Assembly (NCBI GenBank): GCA_963827685.1
Contig: CAWHBU010000006.1
Location: 128,001 to 192,000, forward strand
Origin: an uncultured delta proteobacterium
GTDB taxonomy: Bacteria; Desulfobacterota; BSN033; UBA1163
Direction: 5' to 3'
DNA: 64,000 bases
Shown: positions 42,177-51,965 of the stretch, in pieces
Numbering within the stretch: position 1 is the stretch's first letter
Layout of the letters: every line of letters starts with the position of its first letter
Position numbers and translations under genes: made by a program
Notes under the pieces: model-generated
Database searches by the model: none
The model's input: the letters and a program-made list of their open reading frames with translations, nothing else
Told to the model about the DNA's origin: nothing

Positions 42177-43982
42177 ATGAGGAAAAAGAAAAACGAGATA
42201 ACCGAGGATTTTAAAAGAAAGCTGATGGGATTCTTGCCTGAGCTAAGTAGGAATAACCATTACATCATGTTCCTTCATGATTGTATCAGCCGCGAATTTG
42301 ATATCCAACTCGCCCAAATCCAAAGTCATAATGCCGTATCCGACGAAACCAAAGAGCCTGTTGATCTGGTTGGTCATCCTTTCCCATTGTCCAATGAAGA
42401 AATTCAATTCCTGCCAATGTTCATGGATACTCAAGACCCAGCATATAAAAAGGATATGGATGAGTTCATGAGCTGGGTTTCCAAAGGCAGAGACCCGGTG
42501 GCGTTTTTCAAGATGACCAAAGACTACTATGCCCAAAAAAAATCCTGGGTGGTTCAAAAAATTCTGTCTCTTTCAGAGGATTTCGTTAAGGAGTTAATTA
42601 AAATCAGTGAGGAGGAGAATATACCCTTACCCTCCCTTCATAACATGTATATCTTGATGACCGGGATCAACGATTTCTTCCAGTCCCAAGCGAATCACGC
42701 ATTACTGCCGGCTTTTCTTCATTACCCAGTTCCTGTTTCAGTTTCTCCAGACCAAAGGGATGACCGTATAATATCGGTATGGAAACGCCTTTATAACCTC
42801 CTGGTTGAGTGCTATTGGGCCGTGATCGTTGTGGGTATGGTGGATATGCTTAATATTGTTGGGAATTATCAAGAGGAAGGTCTTGAAGAGGCCCGGAACT
42901 ACCTAATGCACTCGGTCATCTATTCAGACTTGGAGAGCCAGGTTCTGCTGATCAAAAACACCGACGATTTGCGTGGCTATGTTCAGAAGGAGTTTTCGGT
43001 CTTTGAAAGCTTTTTCCCGGATTTCGGTGAATTTGTGAGACAGGCTGTAATACCGATCGTTGAGAAAAGAGAAAGGATTTTGAATTACCCGATAACTCCC
43101 CTAATTGACTCCGAAAGTAAAAAAGAATTTTATGACCCCAAAAAGGGAAAAGTTGTAAAATCCCAGACAACTCCTCTCACGGCCTACAAAAATAAACCCC
43201 AGAAAAACGAATCACTTTATAATCCCGAAGCCGAGATGATTGACCATTTAAGAAGACAGGAGCTTAGAAAATTATTTGTCGGGAAGATAAAATCAAAGAC
43301 CAAATCAGTGGACTCCGGTTCTGGTGAAGAAATTATCGAAGGTCAAAGAGATCAGGAAGAATCTTCAAAGAAGGTACCTGTCCTGATGGAATCTACGGTG
43401 ATAGAAGATTTTGAAAAAAAGGTGGGTGTTACTGGATTATTAAAAACCTACCGGCTGACGGGGAATCCAGACAAAATGATTCATTACCTCTTTAAGATTA
43501 TCTCTAATGTTTCCTGGACCATTACCGATAAAATTTACAGCAAAAAATTGAACGATCTTTATGGAGACGGAATGTCTTCTGTAACATTTAGGAGATGGCG
43601 GAGAAAAATAAGAAAAGGGGAAATTCAATTAACTAATCACCCAGATCGGCCAAGTGGCGTCCGGAGTTTTAATGACCTTTTTGAGGGCGAGGTCATAGAA
43701 ATCATGAGAGATATGAAAGACAGGCAGGAACACCACAAGGAAGGATACTTTACCCAAAATGAACTAATTAAGGCCATTCAGGGCGATACGTTCCGATTAG
43801 CTTTAAGAAGAAAGTACGGGATAAGCCTAAAAAAATACGGCAGAACCAAGCTGAGGAATATGCTTAATACATTGATTAATGAGAAAAAGATAACTTTTGA
43901 AAGAGAAAGGGGTGCAACCTATTTCAAAATCAGTGATGGTTTTAAAATCGTTCAAGAAATTGCCAAATTATCCTCCAAATAA
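42177..43982 (+). CDS. 601-aa hypothetical protein, probable DNA-binding regulator
   Basis: Long ORF; C-terminal HTH/wHTH-like segments (MSSVTFRRWRRK; FTQNELIKAI...RTKLRNMLNTL...GATYF). Confidence 0.7.
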   Translation: MRKKKNEITEDFKRKLMGFLPELSRNNHYIMFLHDCISREFDIQLAQIQSHNAVSDETKEPVDLVGHPFPLSNEEIQFLPMFMDTQDPAYKKDMDEFMSWVSKGRDPVAFFKMTKDYYAQKKSWVVQKILSLSEDFVKELIKISEEENIPLPSLHNMYILMTGINDFFQSQANHALLPAFLHYPVPVSVSPDQRDDRIISVWKRLYNLLVECYWAVIVVGMVDMLNIVGNYQEEGLEEARNYLMHSVIYSDLESQVLLIKNTDDLRGYVQKEFSVFESFFPDFGEFVRQAVIPIVEKRERILNYPITPLIDSESKKEFYDPKKGKVVKSQTTPLTAYKNKPQKNESLYNPEAEMIDHLRRQELRKLFVGKIKSKTKSVDSGSGEEIIEGQRDQEESSKKVPVLMESTVIEDFEKKVGVTGLLKTYRLTGNPDKMIHYLFKIISNVSWTITDKIYSKKLNDLYGDGMSSVTFRRWRRKIRKGEIQLTNHPDRPSGVRSFNDLFEGEVIEIMRDMKDRQEHHKEGYFTQNELIKAIQGDTFRLALRRKYGISLKKYGRTKLRNMLNTLINEKKITFERERGATYFKISDGFKIVQEIAKLSSK

Positions 43983-44043
43983 TCTCTGGTTACTCCTTAA
44001 TTCCAACCTCTCAATCTTTCCGTAAAAAGTAATCTCAAAATCA

Positions 44044-44226
44044 TCAAAAAAAGTGACCACCTTTGCCCAGTAATTCTTGGTAGAACCCAGAAACGGTGGT
44101 CGCTATGGAAATTCAGAATCGTGATGAGATCACAGGCAGTGTTTTCTTGTTAATACCTCATTTGTGCTTCAGGACTTTTCCATCTGCCACCACCTCAAAA
44201 AAAGTGACCGGGTCTGATCAGTAATT
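44044..44226 (+). promoter_or_regulatory. Motif TCAAAAAAAGTGACC-N9-CAGTAATT, copies 2 and 3 (151-bp period)
   Basis: Copies at 44044-44075 and 44195-44226, each followed by AGAAA(C)GGTGGT...CTATG. Confidence 0.75.
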
Positions 44227-44380
44227 GTTTTTGAAAGAGCAATTTTTTTAGAAAGGTGGTGATGCCTATGAATGTGTAGATTTCTCTTCGAAGTTTTAAG
44301 GCGGAGGCCGGCCATCCAGGTTCCAGGATGGGCCATTTCTTTAAACCATTAACCAAAATTCACATCAAAGGAGAATTTCT

Positions 44381-45310
44381 ATGAGAAAGAAAGCCGTTTT
44401 AAAGGAAGAGGTAGGGTACTCCGAGGTTGATTTAGCCGAGGTGGTAGACATGGAGATATCGGACAGTGCCGAAGAACGCCAAGAACTTGGTGAACTTGGT
44501 GGAGTTGCTCTGACTCTTGACCCCGTCAAAGGAAAAATCGAAGAAGTCAGGGCAATGGTCACCGAGTATAACCGTTTATTCAACCGTACAGGCAAGGAAC
44601 TGGCTGAACGAGCCATAAAGATAGGATTAGTCCTGATTGAACTCAAATCCATGGTCAAGATGTCAGAAGAAAAGTGGGAAGTCTGGGCCAATGATAATTT
44701 GACTTTCATCGGTAAACGAAATCGCCAGAAGTACATGCTGCTGGCTAAACGTACGGATTGCTATCCCTATATCGACATGGGAGTTGACAGGCTTGAACAC
44801 CTGTGCTCCGTTACAAAGGATATGGATGGGGAGGATCCCATTGGTACCTTCCTGTCGAAATACGGGATCACTGTTGATGAAACCTCTGAATTTGACCTGG
44901 ATGAGTTCAAAGCGAAGGTTGATACTGCACTCAATAATGAGAAGCTCGAAAAACGCAACATTCCAGTGAACTTTGAGTTGGTTGATGCCGTCACCAGGCA
45001 AGGGGTGAGCCTTGATAAAGGGCTCCTCCAAGAGCTTTCCAACATTGCGCAGGCGGGGGGCGATCCTGAGGATCACCTTCGAAGCCTCTCAATGAAGGGG
45101 GGGAGAGATGAAAGTAGGATCATTGGCGAGGTGAAGTTGCAAGACTTCAATACCCTGGCCAATAGAATGATAAAAACCATTGATTACATCTTGAGATCTC
45201 CTGAGCAATTTTCCCGAATTGATACAAGTTCTTTCCTAAGATTAATCCAAAAGCTGATAGATCTTCAGACGGCAGCCAACATAGGCGTCGAACAGGCGAA
45301 GGCTGCTTAA
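44381..45310 (+). CDS. DUF3102-like phage/MGE protein
   Basis: AIKIGLVLIELK...KWEVWANDNL...KRNRQKYMLLA resembles the DUF3102 pattern; RBS AAGGAG. Confidence 0.6.
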   Translation: MRKKAVLKEEVGYSEVDLAEVVDMEISDSAEERQELGELGGVALTLDPVKGKIEEVRAMVTEYNRLFNRTGKELAERAIKIGLVLIELKSMVKMSEEKWEVWANDNLTFIGKRNRQKYMLLAKRTDCYPYIDMGVDRLEHLCSVTKDMDGEDPIGTFLSKYGITVDETSEFDLDEFKAKVDTALNNEKLEKRNIPVNFELVDAVTRQGVSLDKGLLQELSNIAQAGGDPEDHLRSLSMKGGRDESRIIGEVKLQDFNTLANRMIKTIDYILRSPEQFSRIDTSSFLRLIQKLIDLQTAANIGVEQAKAA

Positions 45311-45382
45311 CCTCTAACCGGCCCCTGTCCCCAATCAGCGTGATGGGGGCCTTATTTATCTTCGCATTAGGAGAAGAAGGTA

Positions 45383-46264
45383 ATGGTCCTTTTTCAGGCA
45401 TCCTTAACCTTGCCAGTTCTGAAACGGTACTATGAATTGTTCGGGGAGCCTCTGAACGTCCTCCTATCCGTTGCCCTGGTCGGATCCGAGACCAAAGGCT
45501 TCCTGCTTGACCACCGGCATATGGTCAATAATATTGTGGCCGACTCCGGCGCCTGGTCGGTGGCCAAAGGGAATTCCAAGCTGACCATCGGGCAGTTGAT
45601 CTCCTACCTTAAGCAATGGGGGCATAAATTCGATTTCTATTTCAACTTCGACACGGACTTCACAGATCACGGGTTCTCCCAAAATTACAGCAACCAAGTA
45701 AAGATGGAGCGGGCAAGGCTTACCCCCGTGCCTGTCATCCACAATTTTTTCAACGACGAGATCGACATTTATGTAGAATCCGGGAAGTATCCATGGCTGG
45801 CATTAGGATCAAGCCAAAGCACCAATCTGGGTGACTTTAGGTACGCTATAGACCGCATCAAATGGAAGGATCCCAGTATTAAGGTCCACTGGTTCGGCGG
45901 GAGCAAGTTTGAATGGCTGGTCAACACTCCTGTGGCATCCTGTGACACGACCTCTTGGGCCAAGACGGGGGCTTTCGGATTGATCAATTTCTGGAATGAT
46001 GAGAAACCAGGATTGAACAAAATGGATCGGATCTATATTGGCGGCACCATGAAACATGATGACAAGCGAATCTACCATTTTGTGACATATCCATATAGAA
46101 AGGCCTTAGAAGCGCATCTGGCCAATACCTTTCGGCTGGAATATGGAGACCTGTGCGGCTACAACGATAAATTTCACATGCAGGTCGTCAATACCCGATT
46201 CTATACCGAGCTAGAAAGGCGAGTCAATGAAGAACGCTTCAGGAGAGGCATCCCTTTGGAATGA
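45383..46264 (+). CDS. TGT/DpdA-like guanine transglycosylase (short form, no Zn site)
   Basis: ADSGAWS, FNFD, PVIH, KVHWFG, SCDTTSW in TGT-barrel order. Confidence 0.7.
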   Translation: MVLFQASLTLPVLKRYYELFGEPLNVLLSVALVGSETKGFLLDHRHMVNNIVADSGAWSVAKGNSKLTIGQLISYLKQWGHKFDFYFNFDTDFTDHGFSQNYSNQVKMERARLTPVPVIHNFFNDEIDIYVESGKYPWLALGSSQSTNLGDFRYAIDRIKWKDPSIKVHWFGGSKFEWLVNTPVASCDTTSWAKTGAFGLINFWNDEKPGLNKMDRIYIGGTMKHDDKRIYHFVTYPYRKALEAHLANTFRLEYGDLCGYNDKFHMQVVNTRFYTELERRVNEERFRRGIPLE

Positions 46265-46551
46265 AAAGCGCAGGGGCCTGCGTATTTTGGTAACACCCTC
46301 AAAGATAGAGGAACAATCTCCGGCTGAAGTTGACCCCACTTATGAGAGAACAACGTACGGGGTCTATGAAATCAAAACCCTGAATCTAAACTACCCATGC
46401 CAAAAAGGAAATGAGGTAGAGGAAGGAGGCGATATTATGCGCAGTGGCGAAGGTTAAACCACGTATCCTATATGCGGCGATTGTATGCTTAATAGCCGCT
46501 ATATCAGACCGCTGAGCTATCGGCATTACGGGCAGAAAGGAAAAACACAAC

Positions 46552-47343
46552 ATGGAAGTAACTATTCATCCGAAAGATTTTTCTAACCTTTTAAGATGTT
46601 TATCTTTGCTAAACAACAATAGCAATGATGTAGAAATCCGAGGAGGCATTCTACGTCAACGGTCAAACAACAATGCCTGTATCTTTGAAATGGATCTTAC
46701 TCCTCTGGTTTCAGATTGCGATCTTGTCTTGTCCAATATCAAGAGCAAGTTATCCTTACTCAAGGCCCTATCTAAACAAGAGGTTAAGGTAACCGCTATC
46801 GATAATGACATTTTCTTCTCAGGGGAACGCTCAACTTTTAAGTTTGAAATGCCCCGCATAGATTTCATGGACAACAAGTTCATATCGGGGGAAGAATTTG
46901 CCCGTATCTTCACCTTGAGAGAAGAAGATGTGGTTCTTGAGTATGCCCTCGGTAAAGACATTTTCAGCTTAATGAAAGTAACATCTGGTCAATTTAAAAT
47001 CGCTTCTTTTCAAATATCCTTTGAGGGAAGTACTGCTGCAATTATAGCAACCAATACAAACAAATCGCATTACTGTAAGATAGAGCAGGGAATTCCAATT
47101 AAGAAACCCTTCAAGGGCTTTTCGAACCTAGTGGTAACGCCTTTTCTTATCGACCACGACGGAGATATCCTTCTTAAGATGTATAACTTCCAGGAAACTG
47201 TGTGTGTCAATAAGTTCAAAACCTTAGTTGGGAAAATTACGGTCGTTGTCTGTGGAAGAAGCCAGTTAATAGAAGAATCCGAACCGGATACTTCTGAATC
47301 TAACAGGGAGAACTCAACACATGGGGTGGATCCATCGGATTAG
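46552..47343 (+). CDS. Putative T4-gp45/PCNA-like DNA sliding clamp
   Basis: 263 aa, two-domain alpha/beta pattern; segments such as IFFSGERSTFKF and IFSLMKVTSGQFKIASFQISF resemble T4 gp45 by eye. Confidence 0.55.
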   Translation: MEVTIHPKDFSNLLRCLSLLNNNSNDVEIRGGILRQRSNNNACIFEMDLTPLVSDCDLVLSNIKSKLSLLKALSKQEVKVTAIDNDIFFSGERSTFKFEMPRIDFMDNKFISGEEFARIFTLREEDVVLEYALGKDIFSLMKVTSGQFKIASFQISFEGSTAAIIATNTNKSHYCKIEQGIPIKKPFKGFSNLVVTPFLIDHDGDILLKMYNFQETVCVNKFKTLVGKITVVVCGRSQLIEESEPDTSESNRENSTHGVDPSD

Positions 47344-47402
47344 TGTTATTAGTCTTCTTCCGATTTAGAACTTAACCTGTACTGTCCTGGACCAATTATA
47401 TG

Positions 47403-47444
47403 AGGGCCAATCTCAATCGTAAACGGGGTTGGCCCTTTCCTTTT
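47403..47444 (+). terminator. Terminator after the clamp-like gene
   Basis: AGGGCCAAT / GTTGGCCCT stem followed by a T-rich tail. Confidence 0.6.
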
Positions 47445-47524
47445 GGGACACAAACTGGGTTCTGTTCGGTCTTCCTAACCAGAACAAATAATAAATTAAT
47501 AATTTAGATCTAGGAGGTTGTGCA

Positions 47525-47746
47525 ATGAAGAGAAAGAAGTTGACACACGGGATTACTTTCTTTGTTACTGCAGAGACGTACGAAGCGGTCAGGAAAGATG
47601 TGGACGAATGCCAGATTTCAATCTCGGAATTAATGCGTGGATTGATTGAGGATTACCTGTATGGGACTGATTTTTACAGCAAACCGAGTTTGGGTGAAAT
47701 GGAGATTGAAGGAACAAGTATTAAGGAGGCCGAACCTGATGAGTAA
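47525..47746 (+). CDS. Ribbon-helix-helix protein
   Basis: GITFFVTAETYEAV...ISISELMRGLIEDYL; RBS AGGAGG. Confidence 0.7.
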   Translation: MKRKKLTHGITFFVTAETYEAVRKDVDECQISISELMRGLIEDYLYGTDFYSKPSLGEMEIEGTSIKEAEPDE

Positions 47747-47784
47747 TGTTGAGATCTTTTTGACTATGAACGGGGGATAGATAG

Positions 47785-48015
47785 ATGACAATAGGACACC
47801 GATTAGGAAGACCAAAACAAAGAAGGTGGAAAGCGAGTCGAATCCGAAGAGAGATAATCGCTAGCATTGAGATGGGGAAAGTTCCAAGCTGGATGAAGGA
47901 TATCCCGTGGTCGAGGATAAGGATGAAAAAACCAAAATTTCAAAAGGCCAGAATTATGCAATGGCCGGAGATGAAATCAAAATATAAGAGCGGGGAGGAT
48001 AGACAAACATGTTGA
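47785..48015 (+). CDS. Basic hypothetical protein (76 aa)
   Basis: ORF in operon order, overlapping the next start. Confidence 0.45.
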   Translation: MTIGHRLGRPKQRRWKASRIRREIIASIEMGKVPSWMKDIPWSRIRMKKPKFQKARIMQWPEMKSKYKSGEDRQTC

Positions 48016-49274
48016 ATGAGGATCAAAGAGAGTACCTTGATCAGGTGTATACCAGGCTGATACGGACAAATGATCAATATCTACAATCGAGAAATGTTGA
48101 AACTTTTGAAGCTTTAAAACGAGAGTTGGTGAACGCAAACGAAATTTTCGAATCTTTGATTGAACAGGGGCAAGGTGAGGAATGGTTTGAAAAGGGATTG
48201 CAGGTCATAAAGAATACCCTAAAGAATGTAGAGAGCTTCGAGGGAGAGGTTAGAGACTCACATGCAACACCGCAAGAAGTTTTTGCTTATTCTGAACGCG
48301 GGATGAATAAAACAATTATGCCCATCTCAAAAGCTATTAGAGAAATCAAATTCCCCGTTGAATTAGAGATCAATGGCGAGAAGTATTCAACCACCAACTG
48401 TTGGGAAGCTCGCAACTTCATGGCCATGGATGCCCTCTCTTATCTTATTCTCAAGAAATTAGGCTTTCCACGGAAGGCTCAGACCATATTCGACAGCGTA
48501 GAGGATATTGAGAAAAGAGCCGAGCTACTGAAATCAGAAGATATTGTGACAGAACATCAGCTTGAGGAAGATCTGATGTCATTGTTTAAAAATGTGAAAT
48601 ATTGGGTGAAATTTGATGCAGAATTTTTCCGCGAATTCACAGGGAAGCAATTAGAAACGCAACAGATTACGGATCTCCTTACTGAAACCGCCTGCAAATT
48701 TACCCTTTCTTACCCGGTTCTTTTGAGGGACGAAAATAAAATGATAAAGGAGCAGAAGTATAGGGTCTCAGTCCATACGAGCTTCTTCACCTTAGCCTAT
48801 ATAGATTCCCTGGACAAAAACGACAAGACCAAAAAGAGGACCTTCTACGCTTTCTTTAATACGGGCTTAGGTGAATGTTTCGTCAATAACCTCCTCGCCA
48901 AGGGTTATGACATGCTCGACACAAAGAACTTCTATAGTCTTCCTTCTCTGGCACAGATGTTCTTTAGGAAGTTTATCGTACATCATAGTCACTTCGGTCC
49001 GATACATAAATCCCTTGAAGAGATCCGAAAGAGGTTGAATTTGACGATTAAAGGCGATAGTGATTTAATCGCGTATCTCAGAAATAGAGTTTTTGAGCCA
49101 TTGAAAAAGAATGGAGACATATCTGATTATCAAGTAAAGAAGGAACTGAATGACTACTGGATCTATTTTCGACGATCGGACCGAAAGTACCAGATTCATC
49201 AGGAAAATTTGAAGTCATTGGAAGAGAAGAAAACGGGATCGAAAGACTCGAAATTGAAGTCTAGGCAAAGGTGA
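48009..49274 (+). CDS. Probable replication initiator (winged-helix Rep)
   Basis: C-terminal FYSLPSLAQMF...SLEEIRKRLNL...RVFEPLKKNGDISDY resembles Rep/TrfA winged helices; iterons immediately downstream. Confidence 0.6.
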   Translation: MLNEDQREYLDQVYTRLIRTNDQYLQSRNVETFEALKRELVNANEIFESLIEQGQGEEWFEKGLQVIKNTLKNVESFEGEVRDSHATPQEVFAYSERGMNKTIMPISKAIREIKFPVELEINGEKYSTTNCWEARNFMAMDALSYLILKKLGFPRKAQTIFDSVEDIEKRAELLKSEDIVTEHQLEEDLMSLFKNVKYWVKFDAEFFREFTGKQLETQQITDLLTETACKFTLSYPVLLRDENKMIKEQKYRVSVHTSFFTLAYIDSLDKNDKTKKRTFYAFFNTGLGECFVNNLLAKGYDMLDTKNFYSLPSLAQMFFRKFIVHHSHFGPIHKSLEEIRKRLNLTIKGDSDLIAYLRNRVFEPLKKNGDISDYQVKKELNDYWIYFRRSDRKYQIHQENLKSLEEKKTGSKDSKLKSRQR

Positions 49275-49348
49275 CAAAATGGTTAAGGCAGATGGCATGA
49301 AGAAATGCCCGGAGGTGACAGATGAACATTGAGGGAAAAAAGTCGCCA

Positions 49349-49507
49349 GCGGTAACCATTCGGAAGATCCACCTTAAGGATTCGGTGAATCCCAGGTAAG
49401 GATTCGGAGAATCGCAGGTAAGGATTCTTTGAAATGGACAATAAGTGGTTGAAATAATTCATCTCTGAAATTCCTAAACATATTAAACATTTTAAACATT
49501 TTAAAGG
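49349..49507 (+). repeat. Iteron-type origin: 4 x 22-bp iterons, IHF-like site, AT-rich 9-mers
   Basis: Repeats at 49349, 49371, 49393, 49415 (core GTAAGGATTCGG); TAAGTGGTTGAAA; TAAACATWT x3 at 49475-49501. Confidence 0.8.
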
Positions 49508-50260
49508 AAAATCCCTCTCTTTGGATCAGAGAGGTCTTTTCCCACTAAAAACCTTAAGAACAAGAGCAGTAGAAGTAAAAGTCGAAATTCCACTACTATG
49601 GAAAAGAAGGAGTGGGTTTCAATGCTGCTAGAATTTTCCTCGATTAGTAAATTCTTCTGGTAGAGGCATTATTCCCGGAACAAGAAGAAATGTTTTTGTT
49701 GGAAATTCAATGGGGTTTAGTAATTTTCTTCTTCAAAGGAAATTCAACCAGAGTAAAAAGTTTTTCTATTAATTCCTCTCTACCTACTTCTGGAATTACT
49801 TTCAAATAGGATGATATTTCCCCTCTTCCATTAAATTCAACCAGCGCCGGTATCTCTTCATGACATGTACATTGAATTGTAAAGCTAGCTATTCAGTTAG
49901 TAATCCCAGGGTCGCTGTGCCAGAGCTGCTGAACGGGTGTGATTCCGCAAAGAGGCAGGTCAGAGTCCCGAGTCTTCGGTTTGCTTTCTTCAAATAATTC
50001 TGACTTGTGGGTTTCAATGGTCGAAAAGTTTCTGAGACTTTTTTAACTGAACAAATGGAGGTTTTGAGTAAGATGCCATGAATTTCTTTCGGGTCGATCA
50101 TCGTCCCGTGCTAGCGTCGATTACCCTTCATTCTAGTCCTTCTTTAGAGATTTTTGTCTAAGAGATCTTTCAATAACCCTGGAACAAATACTCAAAGAAA
50201 ATAGAAACATTGAATTCAGGTTTCCTAAAGTCATGTCACTTTCAGAGGGGAGAAATTAGT

Positions 50261-51313
50261 ATGGGTGAACTTCATTATTTCTGCGCAACTGCTAAAAAAA
50301 ATAACCTACCTCAGAATTCAGCTCATAATATTTTAATTAACGTACCGCACGATGCCAGGAATGATTCTCAAATCAATAAGTCCGGGGAGTTGTTTAAGCA
50401 CCTTGGCAAGAGATTTTTGATTCAAGATTCAGGTGGTTTTACCGTTTTGCAGGAGGCGAACAAAGGGAAGCGAGTCACCTCCAATCCTAATCTTCCTCTT
50501 AAAATATCAAAAGATGTCATTAATATAGCACCGGAGCATATCATCGAGGCAGCGGTGAAGCTAAAACCTGATATCATGGTTGCTTTGGATTACCCGATCG
50601 CGAAGATAAAAGACCGGGAGGAGCAGCGACGGGAATTTGCTAAAAAGCTTCCATACAACGTCAAATGGAGTATTGAAACTTCAAAACTCAGGGATAAACT
50701 CTGTCCCCGGATTCCACTAATTATTCCGGTGCAAACTTATACGGTAACGGATTTTTACCAGTTTATAAAAAGAATCCATGGAATAGATTTTGAGGGATTC
50801 AGCCTCCCCATAAGGAACCTCGGTCTTTTTGAGATCGCCAAATTTCTTTTGGCATTCCGCAAGACAGGTATAACAAGGGTCCATCTTTTGGGGACATCCT
50901 ATTATCCTATTCTATGTCTCGCAGCATATTTTTCGAATAATTATTTTCAGTGGGTCTCATTTGACTCAAGCACCTGGGCAATAACAGCCAAAAACAACAT
51001 TTATTTAAATCCATTAGATTTGACGCGTATAAAGATCCTCGATGATATCCCCAAGCACAAAGAGAAACTCAGAAGGTCTTGTAGCTGTCCACTCTGTGGG
51101 AAGATACCTCTTGCCCAGTATAAGCACATCCCTTATAAGGGAAGGTCCTATTTCTTGGGGGTACATAATTTCTATGCCACCGAGAAGGTGACTCGGTCTC
51201 TACATGAGCACGTAACCAATTTGGTGGAGTTAGAAGCTTTTTCGAAATCCAATTCCCGTAGGAAAGGCCAAGTTGAAGAGCTTATGAACTTCTTACGGAC
51301 TGCTGATCTTTAA
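50261..51313 (+). CDS. TGT/DpdA-like guanine transglycosylase (Zn-binding form)
   Basis: QDSGGFT, ALDYPI, PVQ, RVHLLG, SFDSSTW, CSCPLC...H zinc site. Confidence 0.8.
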   Translation: MGELHYFCATAKKNNLPQNSAHNILINVPHDARNDSQINKSGELFKHLGKRFLIQDSGGFTVLQEANKGKRVTSNPNLPLKISKDVINIAPEHIIEAAVKLKPDIMVALDYPIAKIKDREEQRREFAKKLPYNVKWSIETSKLRDKLCPRIPLIIPVQTYTVTDFYQFIKRIHGIDFEGFSLPIRNLGLFEIAKFLLAFRKTGITRVHLLGTSYYPILCLAAYFSNNYFQWVSFDSSTWAITAKNNIYLNPLDLTRIKILDDIPKHKEKLRRSCSCPLCGKIPLAQYKHIPYKGRSYFLGVHNFYATEKVTRSLHEHVTNLVELEAFSKSNSRRKGQVEELMNFLRTADL

Positions 51314-51801
51314 AGGAATTCCATTACAACTGATAAGCCACGAAGCACCGTGAAGACAGCTGGTTGATTCAATAACCAATCTATTTTAAAGAAACCCATA
51401 TCTAAAAAGGTCAATCTTAATCACGTGATCAAAGGTGATTACCTGTTATTACCAAATTTTTTCTATACCCTCTTTTTGGCAAAAAAGGCTGCCTTTGCAG
51501 TTATCTTTTGGTCATTCATTTCCATCTCCCAGACTGGCCATCTATCCAGTTAACATTGCCCGAGTCCCCCGCCAAATTCGTCGCCCGGTGCGCCCGCGTA
51601 ATGAGGACAGACTGGATCAGAAATTCTTCGCCTTTTACTTGGTTGGAATGATTCGGATATTTCTGGAGGAAATTGGTGGTTCACGGTAAATACCACCCTT
51701 TTCTTTTTGCTGAAGAATTAAACCATCACTCTCTAACGGAAACACCCATCAGATGCGATCAAGGCTCCTGGGAGTGTTGAAGATCCGAAATGGAGAGGGA
51801 T

Positions 51802-51965
51802 ATTTGCATCCATGATGAAATTCTACTGGAAGTCCCTACTGAAGCAACGGATGAAGTGGCTCTCCTTTTCTGACGGGAAGCAATGGAGGAGGATGGCAGG
51901 ACGATGTTGAAGATTGCCCTGTCGAGGCTCAGGTGGTTATTGTGGGTAGTTGGGCGGAGAAGTGA
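51802..51965 (+). pseudogene. Relic C-terminus of a family-A DNA polymerase
   Basis: ICIHDEILLEVPTEATDEVALLF*REAMEEDGRTMLKI / PVEAQVVIVGSWAEK*: motif C HDE plus typical tail, with a stop and a frameshift. Confidence 0.75.

Noticed and set aside
49349-49436. CRISPR array
   Set aside because: Contiguous 22-bp repeats without spacers and no cas genes; iterons fit better. No CRISPR seen in the window
50261-51313. Housekeeping tRNA-guanine transglycosylase (tgt)
   Set aside because: Lacks the TPxFMPVGT and NTYHL motifs of canonical Tgt and lies in a mobile element
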